A stretch of DNA of 42,822 nucleotides. Source: Aeromonadales bacterium (GTDB taxonomy: Bacteria > Pseudomonadota > Gammaproteobacteria > Enterobacterales > GCA-002770795). This document shows positions 10,061-18,769 of this stretch, one piece after another. The first letter of the stretch is position 1; each line of letters begins with the position of its first letter. A program made the translations under genes and the position numbers. The notes beneath the pieces were generated by a model. It was not told the DNA's origin. It saw only the letters and a list, made by a program, of their open reading frames with translations, and made no database searches. The DNA lies in NCBI GenBank assembly GCA_011322365.1, contig DRNA01000142.1, positions 1-42,822 of the forward strand, written 5' to 3'.

Positions 10061-10241
10061 GAAAAATCCCCTTAAATTGAACTGATTGTATTTCAGCCCG
10101 TAATGATAAAATCTATTCCGGACGATTATTGTTATTTAAATTTGATATATCAATAACTTGGAAAGCAAAATCACATTCCGACTACCAAGCATCAAAACCT
10201 ACCTGAAAAACCATTAAATGGTTTCAGATAGCGCAGCGAAC

Positions 10242-10270
10242 ACCTTAAGGATTCAGCCATTAAATTGCAA
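10242..10270 (-). promoter_or_regulatory. Candidate sigma70 promoter for hppA
   Basis: Minus strand TTGCAA-17 bp-TAAGGT, about 180 bp upstream of the ATG. Confidence 0.5.
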
Positions 10271-10371
10271 CTTTTTCTGCCTATTGGCTGATATTAGAGT
10301 ATAATTCTGCCTCAAATTTTTGGTTATGAACTGTAGATACCCATAATTAAGCACCGCTACGAGATAATGAC

Positions 10372-10920
10372 ATGAGTTTAAATAAGATTGCATCAGGACA
10401 AAATGTCCCAGAAGAAATTAACGTAATTATAGAAATCCCCGCCCACTCTGATCCAGTCAAATATGAAGTGGATAAAGATTCTGGAGCATTGTTTGTGGAT
10501 CGATTTATGTCAACTTGCATGCACTATCCATGTAATTACGGCTATGTTCCTCATTCTCTCTCGAATGATGGTGACCCGGTAGATGTGCTGGTGCCAACAC
10601 CTTATCCATTACAGGCAGGTTCGGTCATCCGTTGTCGACCCGTTGGTGTCTTGAATATGACGGATGAAAGTGGAGAAGATGCCAAGATTATTGCCGTGCC
10701 TGCAGATAGTCTAAGCCGGGTTTACCGGGGTATTAATGAAGCCAGCGAACTTAATCAACTCTTGCTCGATCAAATTGTGCACTTTTTTGAACATTATAAA
10801 GATCTTGAACCCAGTAAATGGGTTAAAATAATCGGCTGGGCAGATGCAGCGGCCGCAAAAAAAGAAATTGTAGATAGTATCCAACGATACGAAAATATCA
10901 CTGAGAAGCCTGCTTTTTAA
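10372..10920 (+). CDS. ppa: Soluble family I inorganic pyrophosphatase
   Basis: [55 protein letters not shown] at 10300-10305. Confidence 0.97.
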   Translation: MSLNKIASGQNVPEEINVIIEIPAHSDPVKYEVDKDSGALFVDRFMSTCMHYPCNYGYVPHSLSNDGDPVDVLVPTPYPLQAGSVIRCRPVGVLNMTDESGEDAKIIAVPADSLSRVYRGINEASELNQLLLDQIVHFFEHYKDLEPSKWVKIIGWADAAAAKKEIVDSIQRYENITEKPAF

Positions 10921-10953
10921 TCTTCATAAAACTGTCCTGAAGCAATTTCATGG

Positions 10954-10993
10954 AACAGTGTCTGCTGCCAACTAACGTAGCTGGCACTGTTTT
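10954..10993 (+). terminator. Probable terminator hairpin between convergent ppa and the DUF4097 gene
   Basis: AACAGTGTC(T)GCT...AGC(T)GGCACTGTT followed by Ts. Confidence 0.55.
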
Positions 10994-10999
10994 CAACTT

Positions 11000-11899
11000 T
11001 TATTTCATCAACTTTACTTTGCCACTGACGGTAGTAGCGATTATTTGTGCTAACCCATCACCCACAATGACATTCAGATACTGCCCTTTTTCATCGGTTG
11101 ATTTTTGACCCTTTTCAGATAACTGGTTGATAATTTCTCCATCTTCAAGCACATTGATTATGCTGCGAAAAGAATCACTCTGCCCTAAATTCAGTAGAAT
11201 ATTCCCATCTACACTATCCACATTTAACCATGCACCAGCACTCAGTTGACCTTTTACAGAAATGCTACCCTTGACGTTGCTCAGAAATGCCTGATTTATC
11301 ATTTTTTGTAAAAATTGAATATTTCCTTCAACACTACTAACCTCAACAAGTCCTGCGATTTCAGCGAGCATTATTTTTCCACTAAGGGAATCTATTGTTA
11401 AATTTCCCTGTACATTTTGTATATCAATATCAGCACTCACAGCATCTATGGTGACATCACCCAATACATCAGCAAGCCGAATATCACCCCCGACGGTTTC
11501 TATCTGCACTGCAAAAGTATGCTTAAAGCGCCACTGACTACTGATACCTTTAACCTGAATTGCAATGGAACCAGGTAGAGTTATCTTCAGGTTGGAACCT
11601 TTTTCCGGGGCCAGATGTTCAGGCAGCTGGACATCCAGAACGAGTCTGTTTTGCTGTTGAGATATGTTCAGAGCAATCGCCTGCTCATCCAGAGATCCTG
11701 TAATAGTCAGGCTATCGGTTTCTTTTCCTTCAAATGATATTTTGCCACGATGATTTATTACCTCTATAGATTTAATATCGATTAAAGGAATCGTTTTATC
11801 AATTTTCTCTATTTTTGCTGCCACTACAATATCTGAGAGCATAAACAACAGGATAGCAAGGGCCTGCAACTTAATGCATTGAAGCCTGTTATTCATCAT
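11000..11899 (-). CDS. Secreted DUF4097 (toast-rack) beta-strand repeat protein
   Basis: Signal peptide followed by repeated units (TVGGDIRL, AVSADIDI, SLSGKIML, SVEGNIQF, NVKGSISV, SVDGNILL, TVSGKVKL). Confidence 0.85.
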   Translation of the reverse strand: MMNNRLQCIKLQALAILLFMLSDIVVAAKIEKIDKTIPLIDIKSIEVINHRGKISFEGKETDSLTITGSLDEQAIALNISQQQNRLVLDVQLPEHLAPEKGSNLKITLPGSIAIQVKGISSQWRFKHTFAVQIETVGGDIRLADVLGDVTIDAVSADIDIQNVQGNLTIDSLSGKIMLAEIAGLVEVSSVEGNIQFLQKMINQAFLSNVKGSISVKGQLSAGAWLNVDSVDGNILLNLGQSDSFRSIINVLEDGEIINQLSEKGQKSTDEKGQYLNVIVGDGLAQIIATTVSGKVKLMK

Positions 11900-11951
11900 T
11901 TACTCACCATCTGAAAAGGTTCATGCGCCGAGAAAACTCCTGAAATTTCGC

Positions 11952-12467
11952 TTACGAAAACATTCCTGCCAGTAATTTTCTGGCGCGGAATAACTGTGCC
12001 TTACTGGTACCTTCTGCGGTACCCAGATGCTTAGCTATTTCACGATGTCCGAACCCTAGCACTGAATAGAGCCAGAAAACCTTACGCGCACCCTTTGGTA
12101 GTTTTTTCATGGCATTATCCAGGTCCATTTCAACTTCGGGATATTGATTTTCTGCTTCCAAAAACAATTCCATATCATCTGTGTGGATCCAGTTTGGCAT
12201 TTTTCTGTAAGCAGTACTGATAACATTCGAGGCAATAACACGTAACCAATGTAATAAACTGCTATCACCTCGGAATCGGCTGAGACCTTTCCAGGCTTTA
12301 AGAAATGTTTCCTGAGTACAGTCTTCAGCCATTGAAGCATCACGGCAACTTCTAAGGCAATGACCAAAAATCTTGCCATAATAAGGTTGAATTAACAGAT
12401 CAAATGCGCGCCGATCACCAGCCTGAGCACGTTTTAATAGTGCTTTATCTGTAGGTGTTCTGGCCAT
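11952..12467 (-). CDS. ECF sigma-70 factor
   Basis: Region 2 AEDCTQETFLKAW...FRGDSSL..WL and region 4 LPKGARKVF...HREIAKHLGTAEGTSKAQLFRAR; 171 aa. Confidence 0.93.
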   Translation of the reverse strand: MARTPTDKALLKRAQAGDRRAFDLLIQPYYGKIFGHCLRSCRDASMAEDCTQETFLKAWKGLSRFRGDSSLLHWLRVIASNVISTAYRKMPNWIHTDDMELFLEAENQYPEVEMDLDNAMKKLPKGARKVFWLYSVLGFGHREIAKHLGTAEGTSKAQLFRARKLLAGMFS

Positions 12468-12583
12468 AATAAATTCTCCAGTTTATTCGAGTTTCGAGTA
12501 CATTAACACGACAGCACATTTACAATTGTGTGGGGTTGTAAACAAACATGTCATACACAGATCGTAAAATACCCCAGGGCCTA

Positions 12584-13636
12584 TTAACCCTGGGAGAGCA
12601 GATCCCTTAAATCAATAATGGCCGCATTTGCCCGGGCAATATACGAGGCCATCACCAGTGAATGATTAGCTAAGGTACCAAAACCAGAGCCATTAAGTAT
12701 CATTGGACTCCAGACAGTCTGTTGTGTTTCCTCAAGATCACGAATAATCTGCTTCAGGCTTGCCATAGCATTCTTTTTTTCTAACACATCCTTAAAATCC
12801 ACTTCAACAGCCTTCAAAAAGTTGATTAAAGCCCAGGCCGTTCCCCGAGCCTCGTAAAATACATCATCAATTTTCATCCAGGGCGTTTTTACTCGCACCA
12901 ATGAATTGGTCTGCGTAGATTGTCGAGCTGCTGAATCTCCAGAGAGATCAGTATTTTCTCTTTCTTCAATCACACTGGCACTCAGTTTTTGTGACAGCGC
13001 ACCCAGGCGTTTTTCAACACCTTTCAGCCATTCTCTGAGATTATCTGCTCGCGCATAAAACTGTGTATTTGGATCATCAGCATTAACCAACTTACTTTGA
13101 TAAGCTTTCAAATACTGGATACCTTTACGGTATTCACCTTCAGCTGAAGGAAACGCCCAACTTCTTCTATTCATATTGAATCTTGGTTCGGCTTCCTTCA
13201 GATCAACCTGTTCGTTAGATTGAGACTGTGAGCGACTATAATCATTGCGCAATACCCTTGCCATATCTCTGATCTGAACCAGTACACCATATTCCCATGC
13301 CGGCATGTCATCCTGAAAAACGCCAGGAGGCATTATATCATTACTAATAAAACCACCGTTTTTATTCAACAGCGTTTCACTTACTTCTATCATGGCCTCC
13401 AGGGTGGTATAGCCAACAATCAGATGCTTATTATTTCCACCGACTTTTTCACCTGGGTCACCCAGCTTCCAGGCTTTATCTACCTGTAATGTAATCAGAT
13501 CAGGTTCCTGACTCCAGTAAACTGCGATACCGTAAAAAATAACTACTATCAATATGATGGAAAAGGGAATAAGTTTAACCGCCAGGTTACCCCACCAGGA
13601 TTCCTTATCAATATCGTTTAAACCTCTATCTTGCAT
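12584..13636 (-). CDS. DUF2333 family membrane-anchored periplasmic protein
   Basis: N-terminal TM then YWSQEPD, GGFISND, MPAWEYGVLVQIRD, SRSQSQS, FYARADNL, DDVFYEARG, NGSGFG..ANHSLVMASY. Confidence 0.88.
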   Translation of the reverse strand: MQDRGLNDIDKESWWGNLAVKLIPFSIILIVVIFYGIAVYWSQEPDLITLQVDKAWKLGDPGEKVGGNNKHLIVGYTTLEAMIEVSETLLNKNGGFISNDIMPPGVFQDDMPAWEYGVLVQIRDMARVLRNDYSRSQSQSNEQVDLKEAEPRFNMNRRSWAFPSAEGEYRKGIQYLKAYQSKLVNADDPNTQFYARADNLREWLKGVEKRLGALSQKLSASVIEERENTDLSGDSAARQSTQTNSLVRVKTPWMKIDDVFYEARGTAWALINFLKAVEVDFKDVLEKKNAMASLKQIIRDLEETQQTVWSPMILNGSGFGTLANHSLVMASYIARANAAIIDLRDLLSQG

Positions 13637-13680
13637 TGTTTCTGTCCTTTTTATTTAACCCTTTGTTACTTGACCCTTTT

Positions 13681-14181
13681 TTATTTAATCAAGGCTTCCA
13701 CCTGTAACAACGAGCCATCGCTATACTTGAATACAATGGGGAACAAAGCACCTTTTTTCAACGGCCGGTTCATACCCATTATCATAATATGCAGACCACC
13801 GGGCGACAAAGTGACACTCTGATGCGCAGGGATCGATAAGTATTTCACTTCCCGCATGCGATTAATACCCTTTTCGATCACTGTTTTGTGTATTGAGCAA
13901 TCATTCGCCTGTGGTGAACTCACCGATATCACCTTTAGCGGTTTATCTGAAGTGTTTTCCAAGGTGAGATAAGCGGCTGTCATAGCACTGCCCGGTGGCA
14001 TAGCTCTTACCCAGGCATGACTGGCTTTAATCGCTGACTTCTCAGCAATAACAATGTTTTTCTCTACCTTAACAGGGCCAGCCCGAAGGGATTCTGAAAA
14101 AACCAGCATGGTTGCCAAAATAACCACACCGATCCTGAATATTAAACGATAACAACCACTGACAATTAATGACCTGTTCAC
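13681..14181 (-). CDS. Periplasmic copper chaperone PCu(A)C
   Basis: AWVRAMPPG...TAAYLTL and an exact H-x10-M-x21-H-x-M copper motif (HKTVIEKGINRM...GGLHIM). Confidence 0.92.
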   Translation of the reverse strand: MNRSLIVSGCYRLIFRIGVVILATMLVFSESLRAGPVKVEKNIVIAEKSAIKASHAWVRAMPPGSAMTAAYLTLENTSDKPLKVISVSSPQANDCSIHKTVIEKGINRMREVKYLSIPAHQSVTLSPGGLHIMIMGMNRPLKKGALFPIVFKYSDGSLLQVEALIK

Positions 14182-14254
14182 AAAATTGATACCTTTAACG
14201 GGTTATAGGGCAGAGTCTTTATAATACCAGTAAAAGCACCCTTGAATCATGTCA

Positions 14255-14455
14255 TTATTTTCTGGAAGGTAGTAATAAGGCCGTGACAAAATAGGAAACC
14301 AGGCTAAAAACCGGGGCAATAAAGAAGCCCAACAACGTCACCAGACGCACAATAGTGACATCCCAATCCATCTTATCAGCCAACCAGGCACAAACTCCCG
14401 ATATTTTGCCTTTGCTACGATGACTTTCAAAACGTCGATATCTTTGATCATACAT
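14255..14455 (-). CDS. pspC: PspC domain protein (short form)
   Basis: RSKGKISGVCAWLA...DVTIVRL followed by a TM helix; GGAG RBS; directly downstream of pspA. Confidence 0.88.
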   Translation of the reverse strand: MYDQRYRRFESHRSKGKISGVCAWLADKMDWDVTIVRLVTLLGFFIAPVFSLVSYFVTALLLPSRK

Positions 14456-14494
14456 AATTGAGACTCCTGTAGTGTGTAAAATCAGCTGGGTAAC

Positions 14495-15169
14495 TTAGCT
14501 TGCTTTGGAAACTAATTTTTCTTTCAGGCTCTGGAGCTCCTTATTCAGAGCTTCATCCCCATCCAGTGCATTAATTTCTTCAACCAGGTTTTTGTTTCTA
14601 CCTAAGTCATAACATTCAACTTCAGCTTCAAGACGATCCAGTTTTCTTTCAAAGCGATCCAGTTTCTGTAAAGTGTCACTAATACGATTTCTATATCGTA
14701 ATGGTTGAGACACCGTAGACTTTTCCGGGCGGTTACCTGGATGCTTTTTTTGAAAGAGTTGCTGCTTTTTTTGTGCTTCAGCTAATTTTAACTGCAACCT
14801 TTCTAAATCACCCTCAAGGGAAGACAGAGCATGCTCAAGTTCGTCAAGGGCATTTTCACAGTGTGTAATTTTTTCCTGGCATCTACGTTTTTCAAGCAAA
14901 GCAGATTTTGCCAGACCATCTTTTTCCTTTTCAACCGCTAATAAGGCTTTCTCTTCCCATCTGGCTACCAGTTTATTTAAATGTTTTATTTCTCGTTGAA
15001 AACTCTTTTTATCTGCCAGAATAGCCGCTGCATCTGAACGGGCATCAGCCAGCGTTTCTTCCATTTCTATAATGATATAATTCAATAATTTTTGCGGATT
15101 TTCAGCCTTATCCAGCATAGCATTCAGATTACTGTTGATAATGTCACTAAATCGTTTAAAAACACCCAT
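14495..15169 (-). CDS. pspA: Phage shock protein A (PspA/IM30)
   Basis: MGVFKRFSDIINSNLNAMLDKAENPQK, coiled coils, FERKLDRLEAE. Start placed at ATG 15169 (AGAGGA RBS). Confidence 0.92.
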   Translation of the reverse strand: MGVFKRFSDIINSNLNAMLDKAENPQKLLNYIIIEMEETLADARSDAAAILADKKSFQREIKHLNKLVARWEEKALLAVEKEKDGLAKSALLEKRRCQEKITHCENALDELEHALSSLEGDLERLQLKLAEAQKKQQLFQKKHPGNRPEKSTVSQPLRYRNRISDTLQKLDRFERKLDRLEAEVECYDLGRNKNLVEEINALDGDEALNKELQSLKEKLVSKAS

Positions 15170-15273
15170 GGTCAAATCCTCTTGGTTATTCACGGTTCAT
15201 GATAAAAACACCAGTCAAAATAGAAAACCAGAAATTTTTCAGGTTTGATAACTCGTGCTATTTACAAGTTATT

Positions 15274-15290
15274 ATTCAGAATTTGTGCCA
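15274..15290 (-). promoter_or_regulatory. Candidate sigma54 promoter for pspA with non-canonical -12
   Basis: Minus strand TGGCAC-AAATT-CTGAAT: perfect -24, with -12 GA instead of GC. IHF-like site AATCATATAGTTA at 15321-15333 (1 mismatch to WATCAANNNNTTR). Confidence 0.55.
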
Positions 15291-15436
15291 ACTATTCAGA
15301 AATACAACAATAACTTTATTAATCATATAGTTAATGTGACATTTCCAATAAATTAACAAGGAATTGAAAGCGTGTAATTGACCAAAAACTGGTCTAAATG
15401 GTAGTTTATACCCATGATACCTGAAGATGCAGGACT

Positions 15437-16444
15437 TCAGGTAACATGGGTATAAGAGCCCCTGACCAAAGTCAGTGCCTGCTGCACGATTTCGATACCC
15501 GCACCTTCCCTGAAAGCCTGTTGGCTTAAATGACGACGCCATAATTTGGCTCCATAGCACCCCTGAAACAAACCGAGCAGGTGACGGGTCATGGTAGATA
15601 ATTTAACGCCTTGCGATAATTGCTGTTCCATATAAGGAAAGAAGCTTTCTATAATCTGCATTCGTGTCAACAAAGGCTTATCAGGATTCAACAAATGGTG
15701 TTCAATTTCAGCCAGCAGATAAGGTTTCTGGTAAGCCGCACGACCAATCATAACCCCATCAACAAATTGCAGGTGTTGCTCAATTTGATCAAGGGTTGTC
15801 ACACCACCATTTATTATAATTTCCAACTGAGGAAAATCACGTTTCAGTCGGTAGACTCTCTCATAATCCAGTTCTGGCACTTCCCGGTTCTGTTTAGGGC
15901 TTAAGCCCTGTAACCAGGCTTTGCGTGCATGGAGAGTAAAACTCCTGCATCCTGCAGCAGATACCTGTGCAATAAAGTCACACAAAAATTCATAACTGTC
16001 CAGATCATCAATACCAATACGCGTTTTGACGGTAACTTCCACTGCACTATTCTGCCGCATCCTGTCAATACATTCGGCAACTAACTGAGGTTTCGCCATC
16101 AAACAGGCACCAAAGGCTCCGGATTGCACTCGATCACTCGGACAACCCACGTTCAGGTTAACCTCGTCATAATGAAATCCATTAGCTACCTCACAGGCAG
16201 CAGCCAACTGCTCTGGATCAGAGCCTCCCAACTGTAAAGCCACAGGCTGTTCAGCCGGCTCATTTTGCAGCAAAATATGCTTATTACCCAGCACGATAGC
16301 GGCTGAAGTCACCATCTCTGTATACAACAAAATGGAATCACTCATCAAACGATGAAAATGCCGACAATGCCGATCTGTCCAGTCCATCATAGGAGCGACA
16401 GAAATGGTACGTTTAGTGGAATTAGGATGTATCATCGTTTTCAT
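15437..16444 (-). CDS. dusA: tRNA dihydrouridine(20/20a) synthase
   Basis: [64 protein letters not shown]. Confidence 0.97.
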   Translation of the reverse strand: MKTMIHPNSTKRTISVAPMMDWTDRHCRHFHRLMSDSILLYTEMVTSAAIVLGNKHILLQNEPAEQPVALQLGGSDPEQLAAACEVANGFHYDEVNLNVGCPSDRVQSGAFGACLMAKPQLVAECIDRMRQNSAVEVTVKTRIGIDDLDSYEFLCDFIAQVSAAGCRSFTLHARKAWLQGLSPKQNREVPELDYERVYRLKRDFPQLEIIINGGVTTLDQIEQHLQFVDGVMIGRAAYQKPYLLAEIEHHLLNPDKPLLTRMQIIESFFPYMEQQLSQGVKLSTMTRHLLGLFQGCYGAKLWRRHLSQQAFREGAGIEIVQQALTLVRGSYTHVT

Positions 16445-16597
16445 AGCGTAATGAACCTCAGCACAGGATAAAAAGGCTGATGTCTCTTATCCCGTAAAGA
16501 GGTTAATAAATGATAATATGTGAATTTTAACAGGATTATACGTTATGATGTAGCATAACCATGCTAAATACTTTATGGAATATATCAGGTAAGTACA

Positions 16598-18418
16598 ATG
16601 TATAGAGTCATGCTTTTTTTAGTTTTCATATTTACCAGTTTCAGTCTTTCTGCTGCAGAAATTGATACTAAATTGATAAATGGTACGACTGAGCAATATG
16701 AAAAAATACTTAGCCAGGTACTCAAATCTAATATAAAAAGTGATGAAGTTTCCCTACAGAAACTACTTTTATACAAATTAATCAATTTGTCAAAGGTAAA
16801 AGCTACACCAGCTGTTAGTGTATCAATTCCGGACAATGAACAAGCCTATCGAGAGCTTTTCAGTCAATACCTTAAATGGCTAGTTGAACAAAAACAAATT
16901 AAAGATACCATCGCTGATGATATTAATAGCATGGATATTCTTTCTAATCAAATCAAAACCTTAACCCCAAAAGAGCCATCATTACTAACCATTCAGTTAC
17001 AATATGCTTTTTATAAAAAGGGGGAGAAACTTAATAGATTAAAACTAAACTATTTGTCTGAAACTTTAAATTCAACTACAGATCTGCTAATCAAATCATT
17101 ACCAAAAATAAAGATAGACCTAAATAAACTCATTTTATCCCGTAAAAATATTGATGAATCTTTATTAAAAATAAACCATGATCTACAAAAAAACATTATT
17201 GAGAAAAAAAGGCTGGAACTATTAGGTAGAACTAATGAATCACTAAAAATTGAAAATTTTATTTCTCAGCTTCAGAAGAGTAATAATACAATTCTTAAAA
17301 ACAAACTCATCAATAGATTTATTTTATTTTCTTATCATTTACAGAAAAAAAGTAATGAAGTTTTTAAAATTCAGGATGACATGACGACCATCATTAAATC
17401 CATGAACAACTCAAAAACTTTAAATAAAGGTGTTACAACTTTATTGGAGAAAATGGAAAACCAAATACTGGGCAAGGCTGAAACGTTTAAAGGCGCCACC
17501 CTTCAGGAAATTGAATCAACCATCAAACTCTTCTGGGAAAAAATTAACGCGCCATTTTTTACTATTAACGATACAGCAATTAGCCTGTTTAAACTTTTCC
17601 TGGCAATATTCATATTTACAATTGGTTTTTTTGTTAGTTATTTATATAAAAAACACATTGATATTTTAACTCCGAAAAGTGGGCCTCTTAATCCTTCCAC
17701 GAGAACACTATTATCAAATCTTGGCTCTTATGCCATTATCCTTATCGCATTTTTTATTTCACTTAATGTTTTAGGTATGAATCTTTCATCTCTGGCATTA
17801 GTTGCTGGAGCTCTCTCTGTTGGTATAGGTTTTGGGCTACAGAATGTCGTTTCTAATTTTGTCTCCGGTATTATTTTAATGATTGAACGCAGTATTAAAA
17901 TTGGTGATTTTATTGAATTTAACGAAAATCTCAGAGGTCATGTAACAGATATAAGAATGCGCTCTGTCACAATAAAAACAAATTCAAATATCGATGTTAT
18001 CGTCCCAAACCAGGATCTAATACAAAATCGTGTAATTAACTGGACAATGAGCGATAATATCAAACGTTTTGAGATCCCATTTGGTGTTATTTATGGAACT
18101 GATCCTCAACTGGTTATTGATGTTGTTCTCAAAGCGGTTAATGACAGTGGCTTTAATGATATTTATTCAACCAATAAGCGTCAGGCTCGAGTCATTATGA
18201 AAAGTATGGGGGATAGCAGTGTGGATTTTGAACTATTTGTCTGGCTCAAAGGTAAGTGTATACTCAGTCCCAAACGCACTAACTCCAGATTCCTTATATT
18301 AATTTATAATGCGCTAAATGAAAATAACATTGAGATACCTTACCCGCAAAGAGATCTCCATATAAGAAGTATTGATGTTGATTTTCCAGTTAATATCCAC
18401 ACGACAAATAATAATTGA
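16598..18418 (+). CDS. MscS-family mechanosensitive channel with a long periplasmic helical N-terminus
   Basis: Signal peptide; GALSVGIGFGLQNVVSNFVSGII, IKIGDFIE, IVPNQ, VINWT, IEIPYPQRDLHI. Confidence 0.92.
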   Translation: MYRVMLFLVFIFTSFSLSAAEIDTKLINGTTEQYEKILSQVLKSNIKSDEVSLQKLLLYKLINLSKVKATPAVSVSIPDNEQAYRELFSQYLKWLVEQKQIKDTIADDINSMDILSNQIKTLTPKEPSLLTIQLQYAFYKKGEKLNRLKLNYLSETLNSTTDLLIKSLPKIKIDLNKLILSRKNIDESLLKINHDLQKNIIEKKRLELLGRTNESLKIENFISQLQKSNNTILKNKLINRFILFSYHLQKKSNEVFKIQDDMTTIIKSMNNSKTLNKGVTTLLEKMENQILGKAETFKGATLQEIESTIKLFWEKINAPFFTINDTAISLFKLFLAIFIFTIGFFVSYLYKKHIDILTPKSGPLNPSTRTLLSNLGSYAIILIAFFISLNVLGMNLSSLALVAGALSVGIGFGLQNVVSNFVSGIILMIERSIKIGDFIEFNENLRGHVTDIRMRSVTIKTNSNIDVIVPNQDLIQNRVINWTMSDNIKRFEIPFGVIYGTDPQLVIDVVLKAVNDSGFNDIYSTNKRQARVIMKSMGDSSVDFELFVWLKGKCILSPKRTNSRFLILIYNALNENNIEIPYPQRDLHIRSIDVDFPVNIHTTNNN

Positions 18419-18453
18419 GTTCAAACTTCCAAATGAAAATCACCCTATGTTGA

Positions 18454-18738
18454 TTATTTATACTCTTTAATCTGTCTTTCTAAATTTTTGTCATATTCAG
18501 ATTTTGGTACATTATTTTTTAAATGACACCGACTCTCAATTTTTTCAGGTTCCGTTTTTTTACTCTCATCATAAATGGTGATTTCCTGGGTCACCTGTAA
18601 ATCACCATTACAATCCATAGGACTTCCATAAGCACGCTCCATACGCTCAACGTCCTGATTTGACATGCATCCCGATAGCAGCACCCCTACTACCAGCAAT
18701 AGTTGTTTAACCATTATCCTGCTCTTTAACATAAACAT
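18454..18738 (-). CDS. Small hypothetical lipoprotein
   Basis: Hydrophobic stretch ending in the lipobox LSGC, with two further Cys; co-oriented 31 bp after batD. Confidence 0.7.
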   Translation of the reverse strand: MFMLKSRIMVKQLLLVVGVLLSGCMSNQDVERMERAYGSPMDCNGDLQVTQEITIYDESKKTEPEKIESRCHLKNNVPKSEYDKNLERQIKEYK

Positions 18739-18769
18739 CCTTTATCCCATGATTCATCCATGAGCAATA

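Noticed and set aside
10061-10371. Fluoride, Na+ or Li+ riboswitch between hppA and ppa
   Set aside because: I could not find the consensus elements of these known classes on either strand; kept only as an unclassified structured leader.
12107-12379. 90-aa alternate-frame ORF within the ECF sigma gene as a hidden anti-sigma
   Set aside because: Fully nested in the sigma CDS, with no anti-sigma features.
15276-15560. 94-aa ORF between dusA and pspA as a possible pspB or pspF remnant
   Set aside because: Overlaps the dusA 3' end and the promoter elements; no similarity to Psp proteins.
16300-18453. dusA-associated integrative element
   Set aside because: No integrase, and no duplicated dusA 5' segment was found downstream of the MscS gene.
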